Virus record (IMG/VR): IMGVR_UViG_3300045988_017677
DNA: 41,029 nucleotides
Direction: 5' to 3' (one strand)
From: a virus
Both the position numbers and the translations under genes were made by a program. The first letter of the stretch is position 1. Each line of letters begins with the position of its first letter. Under the pieces are notes generated by a model. It worked only from the letters and a program-made list of their open reading frames with translations, was not told the DNA's origin and made no database searches. Positions 9,140 through 16,736 of the stretch are shown in pieces.

Positions 9140-9495
9140 TTCGGCAGCTCCTTTCGCTCCGCTGTGAAGAATTTCAGCGTCTTAATGATTGCACCCGCAG
9201 ACCTTGGCGCGGCCTTTTCCTCTGGATTCGAGGTCACGCGATAGGTAATCCCCGTTTCCGTATCGCGGAAATAATCGTTATACTCGATGGGAACGCTCTG
9301 ACTAACCAGCGCGGAATACACCGAGGTCACACCCTCCTTTTCCGCCCTGCGGGCCTCCATCGAGGTGTCAAGCGCCTGATAGTTGAGAAATTCCGCGCCC
9401 TCAGCCCAAGCAACGATGTAGCCGCCTGCTCCGTCCGGCGTTCGCGTCTTTTCCATCAGCACGCATTTGCTTGCGAAATCGTCCAGTAAACTCAC
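9136..9495 (-). CDS. Head closure / head-tail joining protein
   Basis: 119 aa. The start overlaps the upstream stop. Size, pattern (..TRTPDGAGGYIVAWAEG..ITYRVTS..) and position are typical. Confidence 0.7.
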   Translation of the reverse strand: MSLLDDFASKCVLMEKTRTPDGAGGYIVAWAEGAEFLNYQALDTSMEARRAEKEGVTSVYSALVSQSVPIEYNDYFRDTETGITYRVTSNPEEKAAPRSAGAIIKTLKFFTAERKELPK

Positions 9496-9926
9496 GGTTC
9501 CACCCCCTTGAGCTTTCGCCAGTCGTTTAACCGACCTCTAAAAGCGTCCTGCCAGCCGTTTAACGTGCCGCTGTCGCTTCCCGCGCTGCGTTTGGTGTAA
9601 GAATAGCCCCCGAAGCTCTCGCTTTGATACGGGCTTGCAACGGCCTCCCCGTTCTTTTCCTGCCAAGCCTCGATCTCAACCGAAAGATCGATTACGGCTT
9701 TCGGCACGGCAAGCGCCCACACAGAGCCGGTAAACGTCTCGTCCGTTAAATCGACCGCCGGATATTGATGCAGCCCGTCGTTAAACACAGAGCCGACGAT
9801 GCGGAAATATTGATTGGTCAGGAGAAAGGGCAGCGTAATGCTGCCATTCTCCACGGCAAACTCCCCCTCATGGATATCCACAAGGAACCAGTTGTTTAAG
9901 TGCCGCAAAACCTGTTCAAGCATCAC
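9492..9926 (-). CDS. Head-tail connector / adaptor protein
   Basis: 144 aa and the first gene after the major capsid gene. The C-terminal pattern is ESFGGYSYTKR...W. Confidence 0.6.
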   Translation of the reverse strand: MMLEQVLRHLNNWFLVDIHEGEFAVENGSITLPFLLTNQYFRIVGSVFNDGLHQYPAVDLTDETFTGSVWALAVPKAVIDLSVEIEAWQEKNGEAVASPYQSESFGGYSYTKRSAGSDSGTLNGWQDAFRGRLNDWRKLKGVEP

Positions 9927-9939
9927 GCCGCCCTCCTTA

Positions 9940-11079
9940 TCACTTTGCGGTCACGCTCGCGTTGCCGCTCTTGAGCGCGTGGTAGTTGCCGTCGCACTCG
10001 ACCACGGTCACGGTCTGGCCGGTCGCAATGGTCAGGTCGCTCTTGCCGTCCCAATCGTTCCAACCGGCAACGTTGTCGCCGTAAGCGACGGTCGCGGCAG
10101 AGGCACCGGACGTGTACTTATACTTGTTGCCCGCAGCGGCCTTTGCCGGAGATACGGTCAGCTTGGTATCGCCGCTCTTGGAGCCTGCGGCAGAGGTGAC
10201 CGTCAAAGAGCCGAGCGTGCCGTTGCCGATGGTGCCAACGACCACGCCGTCAATGCGCTCGGCAAACAGCTCCATGCCGTTAATAACGGTGTCCGATGCG
10301 GTCATGTTGGTGTAATCAGGCTCCTCATGGATGCCGATGTAGCCGGTCGCATCGGTGGTAAAAGTGAAGACCTCCTGCAGATCCGCGCCGTTGACGGGGA
10401 TGTAGTAGAGGACGATGTTGTCCTTCGCCGTGGCGTAAATCTTACCCTTGGGGACGCTGGCGTTCATAATGAGCGTGCCGAGGCCAAGGAAGTTTTCGAC
10501 GTAGCTCATGCCGAACGCGGTCTGCACGGTGATGTTGGCCGTAGACAGGTAATCCGCAACGTCCAGCGGATTCATGAAGTAGACCGCGCCGATCTCGTCG
10601 TCCTCGAAAAGGACCTGCAGATTGCCCCACGCCTGCGCAAGAACAGTCTGGAAGTTCTTGCCGCTCACCGCGCCGGTGCCGGTCGAGAGGAAGTCAAAGA
10701 AGCTCTTGCGGATGCCCTTCTGCACATCCTTGAGCATTTCGTCGGTGGTCATCTCCACCGCCTGATCGTAGCCGCGATCGGTGATCGCCTCGGCAGAGGT
10801 AGCCTTGCGCCACTTCTTGAGCGTGATCTCCTTGTAGTTCACAGCCTCGGTCTTGTAGTGAGAAAGGGGGATGGTGTCACCCTCGGCCACAACGCCGCTC
10901 TCGAGCGTGCCGGTCGCCTTGTAGCTCTTAAGCACAGTACCGGCCTGCTTGGCGATCTTACGGGTCACGCCCAAGGCCTCCATCAGCTTCTTGATGGAGT
11001 AACCGAACATTTCGGTAAATTCGATCTCGCGCACGCGGGCGAGGTCATTTTTCTTGATCAGATTGGTTTCAGCAGCCAT
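9940..11079 (-). CDS. Major capsid protein with C-terminal Ig-like extension
   Basis: 379 aa, following the scaffold gene. The last ~90 aa (TLGSLTVTSAAGSKSGDTKLTVSPAKAAAGNKYKY...) look like an Ig-like decoration domain. Confidence 0.9.
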   Translation of the reverse strand: MAAETNLIKKNDLARVREIEFTEMFGYSIKKLMEALGVTRKIAKQAGTVLKSYKATGTLESGVVAEGDTIPLSHYKTEAVNYKEITLKKWRKATSAEAITDRGYDQAVEMTTDEMLKDVQKGIRKSFFDFLSTGTGAVSGKNFQTVLAQAWGNLQVLFEDDEIGAVYFMNPLDVADYLSTANITVQTAFGMSYVENFLGLGTLIMNASVPKGKIYATAKDNIVLYYIPVNGADLQEVFTFTTDATGYIGIHEEPDYTNMTASDTVINGMELFAERIDGVVVGTIGNGTLGSLTVTSAAGSKSGDTKLTVSPAKAAAGNKYKYTSGASAATVAYGDNVAGWNDWDGKSDLTIATGQTVTVVECDGNYHALKSGNASVTAK

Positions 11080-11081
11080 AA

Positions 11082-11699
11082 TTAGCCTCCGTTCTTATTT
11101 TCAAAAAGATTGATGTTTGCAGCGATCGCCGCGCGGCGCTCCGACCTGTCCTTGATCTGCATGATCTGGTCTTTAGTCATTGCGCCGCCGCCAGTGTTCG
11201 CCGGGGGATTGGCGGGATTCGCACCGTGCGTCTGCGTGGTGGAAACAAGCCCCTTGTAGGTGCCGTCCACGAGTGCATCGAGGGCCTTGGTGTCCTTGAT
11301 CTTCTCGCCGTCCAGCTCCAATGCGGCCATTTCTTCGCCGCAGCCACGCATCGCAAGGTCGAGATTCGCGCCGGTGATGTTTTTGCTCTCAAAGTAAGCA
11401 CGCACAGCCTTTTCCTTCGCCGCCTTGCTTTCCTTTGCGGTGACATTAGCCTTGAAGTCCTCGAAAGCCTTGTGCTCCTTCTCGTACTTCTCTTGATAGC
11501 CGCCGTCACCAGCCGCCTTGAGGTCGTCCAACTGCTTCTGGACGCCGGGCAGCTTCTCCGCGTCCGCCTTGTACTTTGTGAGATCGTCCTTGAGGGGGTC
11601 GACCACGCCCAGATGCAGCGCAACCAAGCGATTTTCGATCTCTTCGGTGCAAGCCTCGCCGAGAATATTTCTGATTTCCGCTCTCGTAAATTTCGCCAT
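11082..11699 (-). CDS. Capsid scaffolding protein
   Basis: 205 aa from the ATG at 11699. The protein is highly charged, K/E/A-rich and helical, and lies directly upstream of the capsid gene. Confidence 0.8.
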   Translation of the reverse strand: MAKFTRAEIRNILGEACTEEIENRLVALHLGVVDPLKDDLTKYKADAEKLPGVQKQLDDLKAAGDGGYQEKYEKEHKAFEDFKANVTAKESKAAKEKAVRAYFESKNITGANLDLAMRGCGEEMAALELDGEKIKDTKALDALVDGTYKGLVSTTQTHGANPANPPANTGGGAMTKDQIMQIKDRSERRAAIAANINLFENKNGG

Positions 11700-11750
11700 G
11701 TTATTCGTTCTCCTTTTCCTTGGCCCCAATTCTTCGGGGGCGAACGTTGT

Positions 11751-11826
11751 ATAAAAACCGCTGTGCCTCGCGGTGTTTACCTAAAACAAAAGAGCCAACC
11801 ACCGAGGATTTCTCAGTAGTTGGCTC
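11751..11826 (-). terminator. Tandem rho-independent terminators ending the antirepressor cassette
   Basis: On the minus strand, stem gagccaac/gttggctc (11792-11826) is followed by TTTTGTTTT. A second stem accgc/gcggt (11757-11774) is followed by TTTTTAT. Confidence 0.7.
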
Positions 11827-11885
11827 ATCGTGCCGTTCCGCGCGCTCAATTGCGCTGCGTGCGTTATTTACTTGCTGATATTATA

Positions 11886-12626
11886 TCACGCCACGCCCAA
11901 AAACAGCAAGCGGAATGTTTCTCTGCCTTTCGGCGTGATAAGCGTCTGTGCGCCGCTCCAATTCGTCTTTTCGTTTACCGATTCTTTGACTTCGAACAGG
12001 CCGTCGTTCTTGTGTTCATACGGGAGCAGCTTGCCCTTTTTGTCACGGTAAACGTACTTCTTTTCCAGCAGGAAAGAAACGAACTTCTTAGGCGGAACGT
12101 CCAACGCCTTTGCGGTCTCGCGGAAATTCAGCAGCGTATTTCTCTCCACAAGCTGGTCAAAATACTCGGCTTTCGGGAGCATGATCTGATTTTCCACAGT
12201 AAGCGTGGAAATGCGAGCGTCGCGATCCGCAAGCGTTTTCTGTGCCATCAGCAACGCCGATGCCATTAGCTCCTCCGGCGTCATGTTCGCCTGCCCGTTA
12301 ATGTAGCCGCCGTGCTTGCGTATGCTGGGGATAACCTCACTTGTCACCCATCGTTTGAACTTTTTCGCCGTCGGCAGCTTAGAGCCGAGGACGAGGGCGT
12401 AAAGGCCGCTTTCGTTGATAACTACCATGTTTCTGTTTTGGCTGCCGTCGTGAAACGCGACGGTGGCTTTGTCCTCACCATCTACATGGGTAGACACCGC
12501 ATCGCGCGAATTACTGTACCCAAGCGCTTCCGCAACGTCCTTACCGACGAACCACGGCGCACCGTCGCGTTCCATCGTGCGGATATTCCCAAATTCGGGA
12601 TTGTTGAAAATCATTAGTTCGTTCAT
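11886..12626 (-). CDS. Phage antirepressor (Bro-N domain plus KilAC/ANT C-terminal domain)
   Basis: 246 aa. MNELMIFNNPEFGNIRTMERDGAPWFVGKDVAEALGY is a Bro-N signature. The C-terminal half (AEYFDQLVERNTLLNFRETAKAL...) is KilAC-like. Confidence 0.85.
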   Translation of the reverse strand: MNELMIFNNPEFGNIRTMERDGAPWFVGKDVAEALGYSNSRDAVSTHVDGEDKATVAFHDGSQNRNMVVINESGLYALVLGSKLPTAKKFKRWVTSEVIPSIRKHGGYINGQANMTPEELMASALLMAQKTLADRDARISTLTVENQIMLPKAEYFDQLVERNTLLNFRETAKALDVPPKKFVSFLLEKKYVYRDKKGKLLPYEHKNDGLFEVKESVNEKTNWSGAQTLITPKGRETFRLLFLGVA

Positions 12627-12850
12627 GCAATGTCCTCCTTCTTCATCGGGCGCATTTTGATCTCAAGCTCAAAGCTCCCCTCTTTGCCGCAGAAAATATC
12701 TTTCACAATATAGTCCCCGAATACTTCGACCATAACATCGTCATATCCGGACGTGCCAGCACGAAAAAGCGCATATGCGCATCCATTCACGGCAACATCA
12801 ACTTCTTTCGGGTCGTGGATAAGCTCGCAGGCTTCTCTAACAGTAAGCAT
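12623..12850 (-). CDS. Hypothetical protein (75 aa) coupled to the antirepressor
   Basis: SD TGAGGT lies 7 nt upstream of the ATG at 12850. The stop overlaps the antirepressor start. Confidence 0.6.
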   Translation of the reverse strand: MLTVREACELIHDPKEVDVAVNGCAYALFRAGTSGYDDVMVEVFGDYIVKDIFCGKEGSFELEIKMRPMKKEDIA

Positions 12851-12868
12851 AATAAAACCTCATTTCTC

Positions 12869-12898
12869 TTGACTTTGAGGCTTCCACGATGATAGAAT
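12869..12898 (+). promoter_or_regulatory. Antisense sigma70-type promoter
   Basis: TTGACT (12869-12874), an 18-nt spacer, then TAGAAT (12893-12898) preceded by an extended-10 TG (12890-12891). Confidence 0.6.
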
Positions 12899-12904
12899 GA
12901 GATT

Positions 12905-12973
12905 TACCAACGGGGAAACCTGTTGCGATTTGAACGCTCACGTTGTCTTGGTCGGACGGTGGGCGTTCTTTTT
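12905..12973 (+). ncRNA. Candidate ~70-nt antisense sRNA (sar-like)
   Basis: It starts just downstream of the promoter. A 5' hairpin (caacgg 12908-12913 / ctgttg 12920-12925) is followed by a 10-bp terminator stem (12932-12941 / 12959-12968) and ttttt. There is no plausible ORF. Confidence 0.5.
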
Positions 12974-13145
12974 ATTTGCCGATTTCTTCTTCAAGCTTCT
13001 TTCTGAACCACTCCGTTCGGCCCTCGCCCTTTTCGGCGAGTTTTCTATCGAGTGCTTCGGCCTTTTCCTTGTCAACCATAAAAACTAATTGCTTCATGGC
13101 TTTCCTGCGCTCTCGGAAATATTCGGCGCGGCTTTTTTCAGCCAT
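12972..13145 (-). CDS. Arc/CopG-type ribbon-helix-helix protein (57 aa, below the ORF-track cutoff)
   Basis: Hand translation gives MAEKSRAEYFRERRKAMKQLVFMVDKEKAEALDRKLAEKGEGRTEWFRKKLEEEIGK. SD GGAGGTG lies 6 nt before the ATG at 13145. The beta-alpha-alpha pattern is typical of RHH repressors. Confidence 0.65.
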   Translation of the reverse strand: MAEKSRAEYFRERRKAMKQLVFMVDKEKAEALDRKLAEKGEGRTEWFRKKLEEEIGK

Positions 13146-13164
13146 TTCATCACCTCCGTTGTGG

Positions 13165-13201
13165 CTAACTACATTATATTTGTAGTTAGTTACAATGTCA
13201 A
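13165..13201 (-). promoter_or_regulatory. Perfect-consensus promoter overlapped by a palindromic operator
   Basis: On the minus strand, TTGACA (13196-13201), a 17-nt spacer, then TATAAT (13173-13178). The inverted repeat CTAACTACA-N7-TGTAGTTAG (13165-13189) covers the -10 and the likely start site. Confidence 0.7.
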
Positions 13202-13215
13202 GAGGATTTATGAGA

Positions 13216-13344
13216 TTATTTTTTCAATTCTTCCGCTTTGATGACCTGCGCTTTTACGCTACCGTCTTTCATTCGCTTTAGCTGTACCCGACAACCGGCG
13301 GCAAGCGCCTTTTCGATGGCGGTTTTCAGTTTTTCGTCAATCAT
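13216..13344 (-). CDS. Small hypothetical protein (42 aa)
   Basis: MIDEKLKTAIEKALAAGCRVQLKRMKDGSVKAQVIKAEELKK. The ATG lies 8 nt after the gp10 stop with AAGGTG upstream. It is short, so the call is uncertain. Confidence 0.35.
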   Translation of the reverse strand: MIDEKLKTAIEKALAAGCRVQLKRMKDGSVKAQVIKAEELKK

Positions 13345-13352
13345 ACAGCACC

Positions 13353-13757
13353 TTATCCATTTTTCAGCTCGCTTTCCAGAATGTCCCGATACTGTCCCGC
13401 ATGGTCGGCGGCAGCGGGTTTCAAAAATGGCTGCGCCTTGTTGCCGCGCGTGTAATGCCAATTTCCCTTTGCGTCCTGATACACCCACGGTGTAGGCCGT
13501 CCGCCGCCGCCCTCGGCGTAAATGCCGGTGCCAAGCTCAACATAAGCGGCATACTCATTGTTCGTTCCGATGATTGCCGCTGGTTCCTGCTCATCTACCA
13601 CATGGGTGATGCTGTTCCGCAGATTGCCGGTGTCCACGGGGCACAGCTTTTTCGCATATCCCTCTGCCACCAGACCAATCTTTTCCAGCCCCCGCAGAAG
13701 CGCCGCATGGATGGCGCCAGAAACCTCTTTGCTGTTGTCGGTGATTTCAACGTTCAT
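13353..13757 (-). CDS. HK97 gp10-family head-tail protein
   Basis: 134 aa from the ATG at 13757 with SD AGAGGGA. Motifs: PVDTGNLRNSI, YAAYVELGTG, AQPFLKPA. Confidence 0.8.
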   Translation of the reverse strand: MNVEITDNSKEVSGAIHAALLRGLEKIGLVAEGYAKKLCPVDTGNLRNSITHVVDEQEPAAIIGTNNEYAAYVELGTGIYAEGGGGRPTPWVYQDAKGNWHYTRGNKAQPFLKPAAADHAGQYRDILESELKNG

Positions 13758-13868
13758 CAAAAAATCCCTCTTGACTTTTTTTCGGGAATTGCATATACTG
13801 ACAGTGAGGAAACTCATGTTTCCGTTTTTTCGAGCCGAACCTCTTCCCGTTACTGGAGGGGGGGCGGC

Positions 13869-15359
13869 TCATTTTTTATACCTTCGTGCGAACAGGAGAG
13901 AACCGTTCTCATCCAATGCAATCACATCAAAACCGAACCCATTGCTAACCACGCTGCGAACTGCTCTATCATCTACAATGCGTATAAGCTCATCTGTATT
14001 GATGGATCCTGTGCACTGTAACACAACCCCTCCAGGAGTTTTTGCAATCTGCTTTGTGGCTTTTCGAATCGCCATATCTGCCGCTTTCGCTGTTGATATA
14101 CTTTTCAATTCCCACTGTTTACCTCGCCACAGGTAGTCTGGCGTTTTTATCCCCTGCGTATTCGCTTCTTTCAACAGCACGAACTTCCCGCCGAATTGAT
14201 CTCTGAGTTGGTTTGCAACTTCGATTTCGGTCTTGTGCCCTTTTATGCGGTATCCGTTCTCGTATCGCACCTTACCCATGCGGGGCTTGGCGGAATCTAT
14301 ATATTTCTTCGTAACATCCTTTGCAGATTTTTCGCTCCCCATGTGATATGGGGATAACTGTTTGCCGCTGTATCCCTGCTTCGATGCTTCCCACTGCGCA
14401 TATGTCATGTCAGATATAAGCCCGTCGCGTGTCCTACGCAGCCCGTCTGATGTATCTACCCCATCCACATCAGCAACCAGCGTGCAGCGGCAGTTATACA
14501 CAAGATAACCGGGTGCAGACGCATCGCCGGGGTACATAATCTCGTACCCATCGATTTTAAACGGCTTGTCGATTTCGGCCCGCTGACCGTCCAGCATTGC
14601 ATGGGCGTGCCGAGTTCGTCCGTCCAGCGTCGCCACCCACTCCCGCTTGAGCTTGATGCCCATATTTTCCGCCGCCGCGTAGCTGTCCATGCGCCCCGCG
14701 TTCTGTGCACCTGTCACGGCAGTTCTGGCGGTACGGATAGCGCTGTCGCGGCTCATGGTGGTAATGCGCTTTTGCAGGTCGTCCGCCATGTGCTTGATGC
14801 TCTTTCCCTGCAAGATGGAGCTGGTGACACTGGCCGTAATTTGCTTCTTGCCGTATGCGAGATCAATCCCGCGTTTCAGCGCTCTGCCCTTTGGATAGTA
14901 CGGCATCAACTCCGGTTGCTCCGCAATCAGGCGTTTAACCGTCTGCTCGTCCCACAGGTCAAAGCCGACGTTGCCCACGACCTGCTCGATGGTGTACGCC
15001 GAATAGTTGCGGTTGAGGGAGTAGATACCGGGCGTAGCATCGTTGGTGTAGGACACCGCCACAGCGTTTGCATCGGTCATGCGGTGCGCCACCTTGTCCC
15101 GCATAGCTTGATAGCGTTCTCCGCGCCCGATCTGGTTTAGCCGCCATTGCTTATAGTCAGCCTCCGTCCATTCCTTGCCGTTCTGCACGGTGCCGATCAG
15201 AGCCTTCATTTCCTCGTCGCGCTTTTTGAATTGCTCAAAATATGCGTCGATGGTAGCTTGCAGTTCTTCCCCCGCCTCGCGGTATAGCGTTGCAATACGA
15301 CGTTCCAGCTTCGCAAGCTCCTTATCGGTCAGCTTGTGTCCGAGGTCACTGTTCGCCAT
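13869..15359 (-). CDS. Minor head protein (MuF / SPP1 gp7 family) fused to a C-terminal PD-(D/E)xK-like nuclease/toxin-type domain
   Basis: 496 aa. MuF motifs are WVATLDGRTRHAHAMLDGQ and YLVYNCRCTL (aa ~240-295). An extra ~190 aa carries HKTEIEV, TPDYLWRG and QWELKS. Confidence 0.85.
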   Translation of the reverse strand: MANSDLGHKLTDKELAKLERRIATLYREAGEELQATIDAYFEQFKKRDEEMKALIGTVQNGKEWTEADYKQWRLNQIGRGERYQAMRDKVAHRMTDANAVAVSYTNDATPGIYSLNRNYSAYTIEQVVGNVGFDLWDEQTVKRLIAEQPELMPYYPKGRALKRGIDLAYGKKQITASVTSSILQGKSIKHMADDLQKRITTMSRDSAIRTARTAVTGAQNAGRMDSYAAAENMGIKLKREWVATLDGRTRHAHAMLDGQRAEIDKPFKIDGYEIMYPGDASAPGYLVYNCRCTLVADVDGVDTSDGLRRTRDGLISDMTYAQWEASKQGYSGKQLSPYHMGSEKSAKDVTKKYIDSAKPRMGKVRYENGYRIKGHKTEIEVANQLRDQFGGKFVLLKEANTQGIKTPDYLWRGKQWELKSISTAKAADMAIRKATKQIAKTPGGVVLQCTGSINTDELIRIVDDRAVRSVVSNGFGFDVIALDENGSLLFARRYKK

Positions 15360-16701
15360 CGCCGTTCACCTCCGGCGCATTCGGTTCCGCAAAGCTCCGG
15401 TCAATCTCTTCTGCAGCCTTCCGCTTTGCCATGTCCTCGTACTGGTCAATGTCGCCGTTGATGGTCAGCAGCTTCTTTGTGATGTATTCGTCATCGTAAT
15501 ACGCCGCGCCAAGAAGGATATTTTGCGTTTCCTCGCTCTTGTTGATGATTTGGTTGCGCGTGTAACTCGGCTGATCCTCAATGCCTGCCAAACGCAGAAT
15601 TTCCACGATAAAACGCGTGACCTCAGACTCAAACTTGTCCGTTTTCAAATCCAGCGGCACATAGCTTGCCTTGATTGCCGTTGCCGTTTGGTTGCCCGCG
15701 GATACCGCCGCAGCGTCAAAGCACTGGAAATCTTCATAGAGCTTCTTTTTCAGCATATCAATGGTGCTGCTCGTGCCCTCATACGGCGCCTCGATGGTCC
15801 TGCTCTCCACCTTCGCGCCGTCATCGCCGTTGGCATGGGCGACGTGTGTGGTTTTCAAGCGTTCCACAAATTTCGCGTCGTCCAGATCGTCCATGCCGTT
15901 GCAGTTAGAAAGCACCCAATAGATCAGATTTCCCTCGTCCACGTTGTTGACCATGTTAGAGGACGCAAGATCCAGCGCGTCGATGGTGTTGCGCTTGCCG
16001 ACAATTTCGGACAGACACCGCTTGTTGTTTTTCAGCGGCACGATGGGAAAGCTCGGATAATTGCCGCCGTCGTAAATCTCGGTTTCGCCGACTTCGGCCT
16101 TGCGGATAACGATCTTGTAGCTGCGCTTTTCCTGCAATACGCTCATATCTTTGTTCTTCGGCTGGAAATATTCGGTAAAGCCGTCCAGCTCGTACAGTGT
16201 CGCTCGCAAAGGCTTATCCGGCGCCACTTGCCAAAAGCGGATGCCGGCTTTCATTGCACCGTCCTCTTCATCATAGAGGGGAACGAACTCAAGCAGGGAG
16301 AACACCCGAAGATGCGTCAGATCCCAAAAGCCGAAGGATACGCCTGCGATTTTCGCCGCCCGCGCCGCATCCATGACTTCCTGATCGAAGTCCGGGCATA
16401 GCTTGTTTGGCGTTTCCTTCTCCGCAAAGGTCACACCGTTGCCCAGCAGATATGAAACCTCCTGATCCACCGCCAGACCGAAAAACCTGCTGGCCAGCTT
16501 ATGGTTTGCCGTCCACATATCCGTGTGGCTGCGGCCCTGCATATCATAGATGATTTTCTCATAGCGGTTGATGGTCGGATTCAAGCCGTCATAGTACGCC
16601 TCCGCATCTACCGCCGTTTTATACGCCGTGCTCTCGCGGTGCTCATTGATCGTGCTTCGGACAAACTCAATGCGCGCCTGCTCGTTGTCACCGACCGCCA
16701 C
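15346..16701 (-). CDS. Portal protein (SPP1 gp6-like)
   Basis: 451 aa, located between terL and MuF. The N-terminus STAYKTAVDAEAYYDGLNPTI... is typical. The start is GTG with no clear SD, so it is uncertain. Confidence 0.9.
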   Translation of the reverse strand: MAVGDNEQARIEFVRSTINEHRESTAYKTAVDAEAYYDGLNPTINRYEKIIYDMQGRSHTDMWTANHKLASRFFGLAVDQEVSYLLGNGVTFAEKETPNKLCPDFDQEVMDAARAAKIAGVSFGFWDLTHLRVFSLLEFVPLYDEEDGAMKAGIRFWQVAPDKPLRATLYELDGFTEYFQPKNKDMSVLQEKRSYKIVIRKAEVGETEIYDGGNYPSFPIVPLKNNKRCLSEIVGKRNTIDALDLASSNMVNNVDEGNLIYWVLSNCNGMDDLDDAKFVERLKTTHVAHANGDDGAKVESRTIEAPYEGTSSTIDMLKKKLYEDFQCFDAAAVSAGNQTATAIKASYVPLDLKTDKFESEVTRFIVEILRLAGIEDQPSYTRNQIINKSEETQNILLGAAYYDDEYITKKLLTINGDIDQYEDMAKRKAAEEIDRSFAEPNAPEVNGDGEQ

Positions 16702-16736
16702 AAGGTCATTATATGTTTTGATAGCCGCTCACCGTC

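Noticed and set aside
9814-11085. A long plus-strand ORF (423 aa) opposite the capsid gene. Similar long antisense ORFs occur at 15175-16401, 22863-23831, 24234-25166, 37273-38040 and 40052-40864.
   Set aside because: Each lies fully antisense to a well-supported gene. The translations are R/A/G/P/H-rich and low in complexity. None has an SD. This is the typical product of GC-rich codon bias keeping the mirror frames open.
13558-14136. A plus-strand ORF antisense to the MuF toxin domain, downstream of the 13771 promoter and with a GAGGAAA SD at 13816, considered as an immunity protein.
   Set aside because: The translation is S/T/P/R-rich with no secondary-structure-like periodicity, and the terminator at 13808-13830 precedes most of it. 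I kept only the promoter as an observation.
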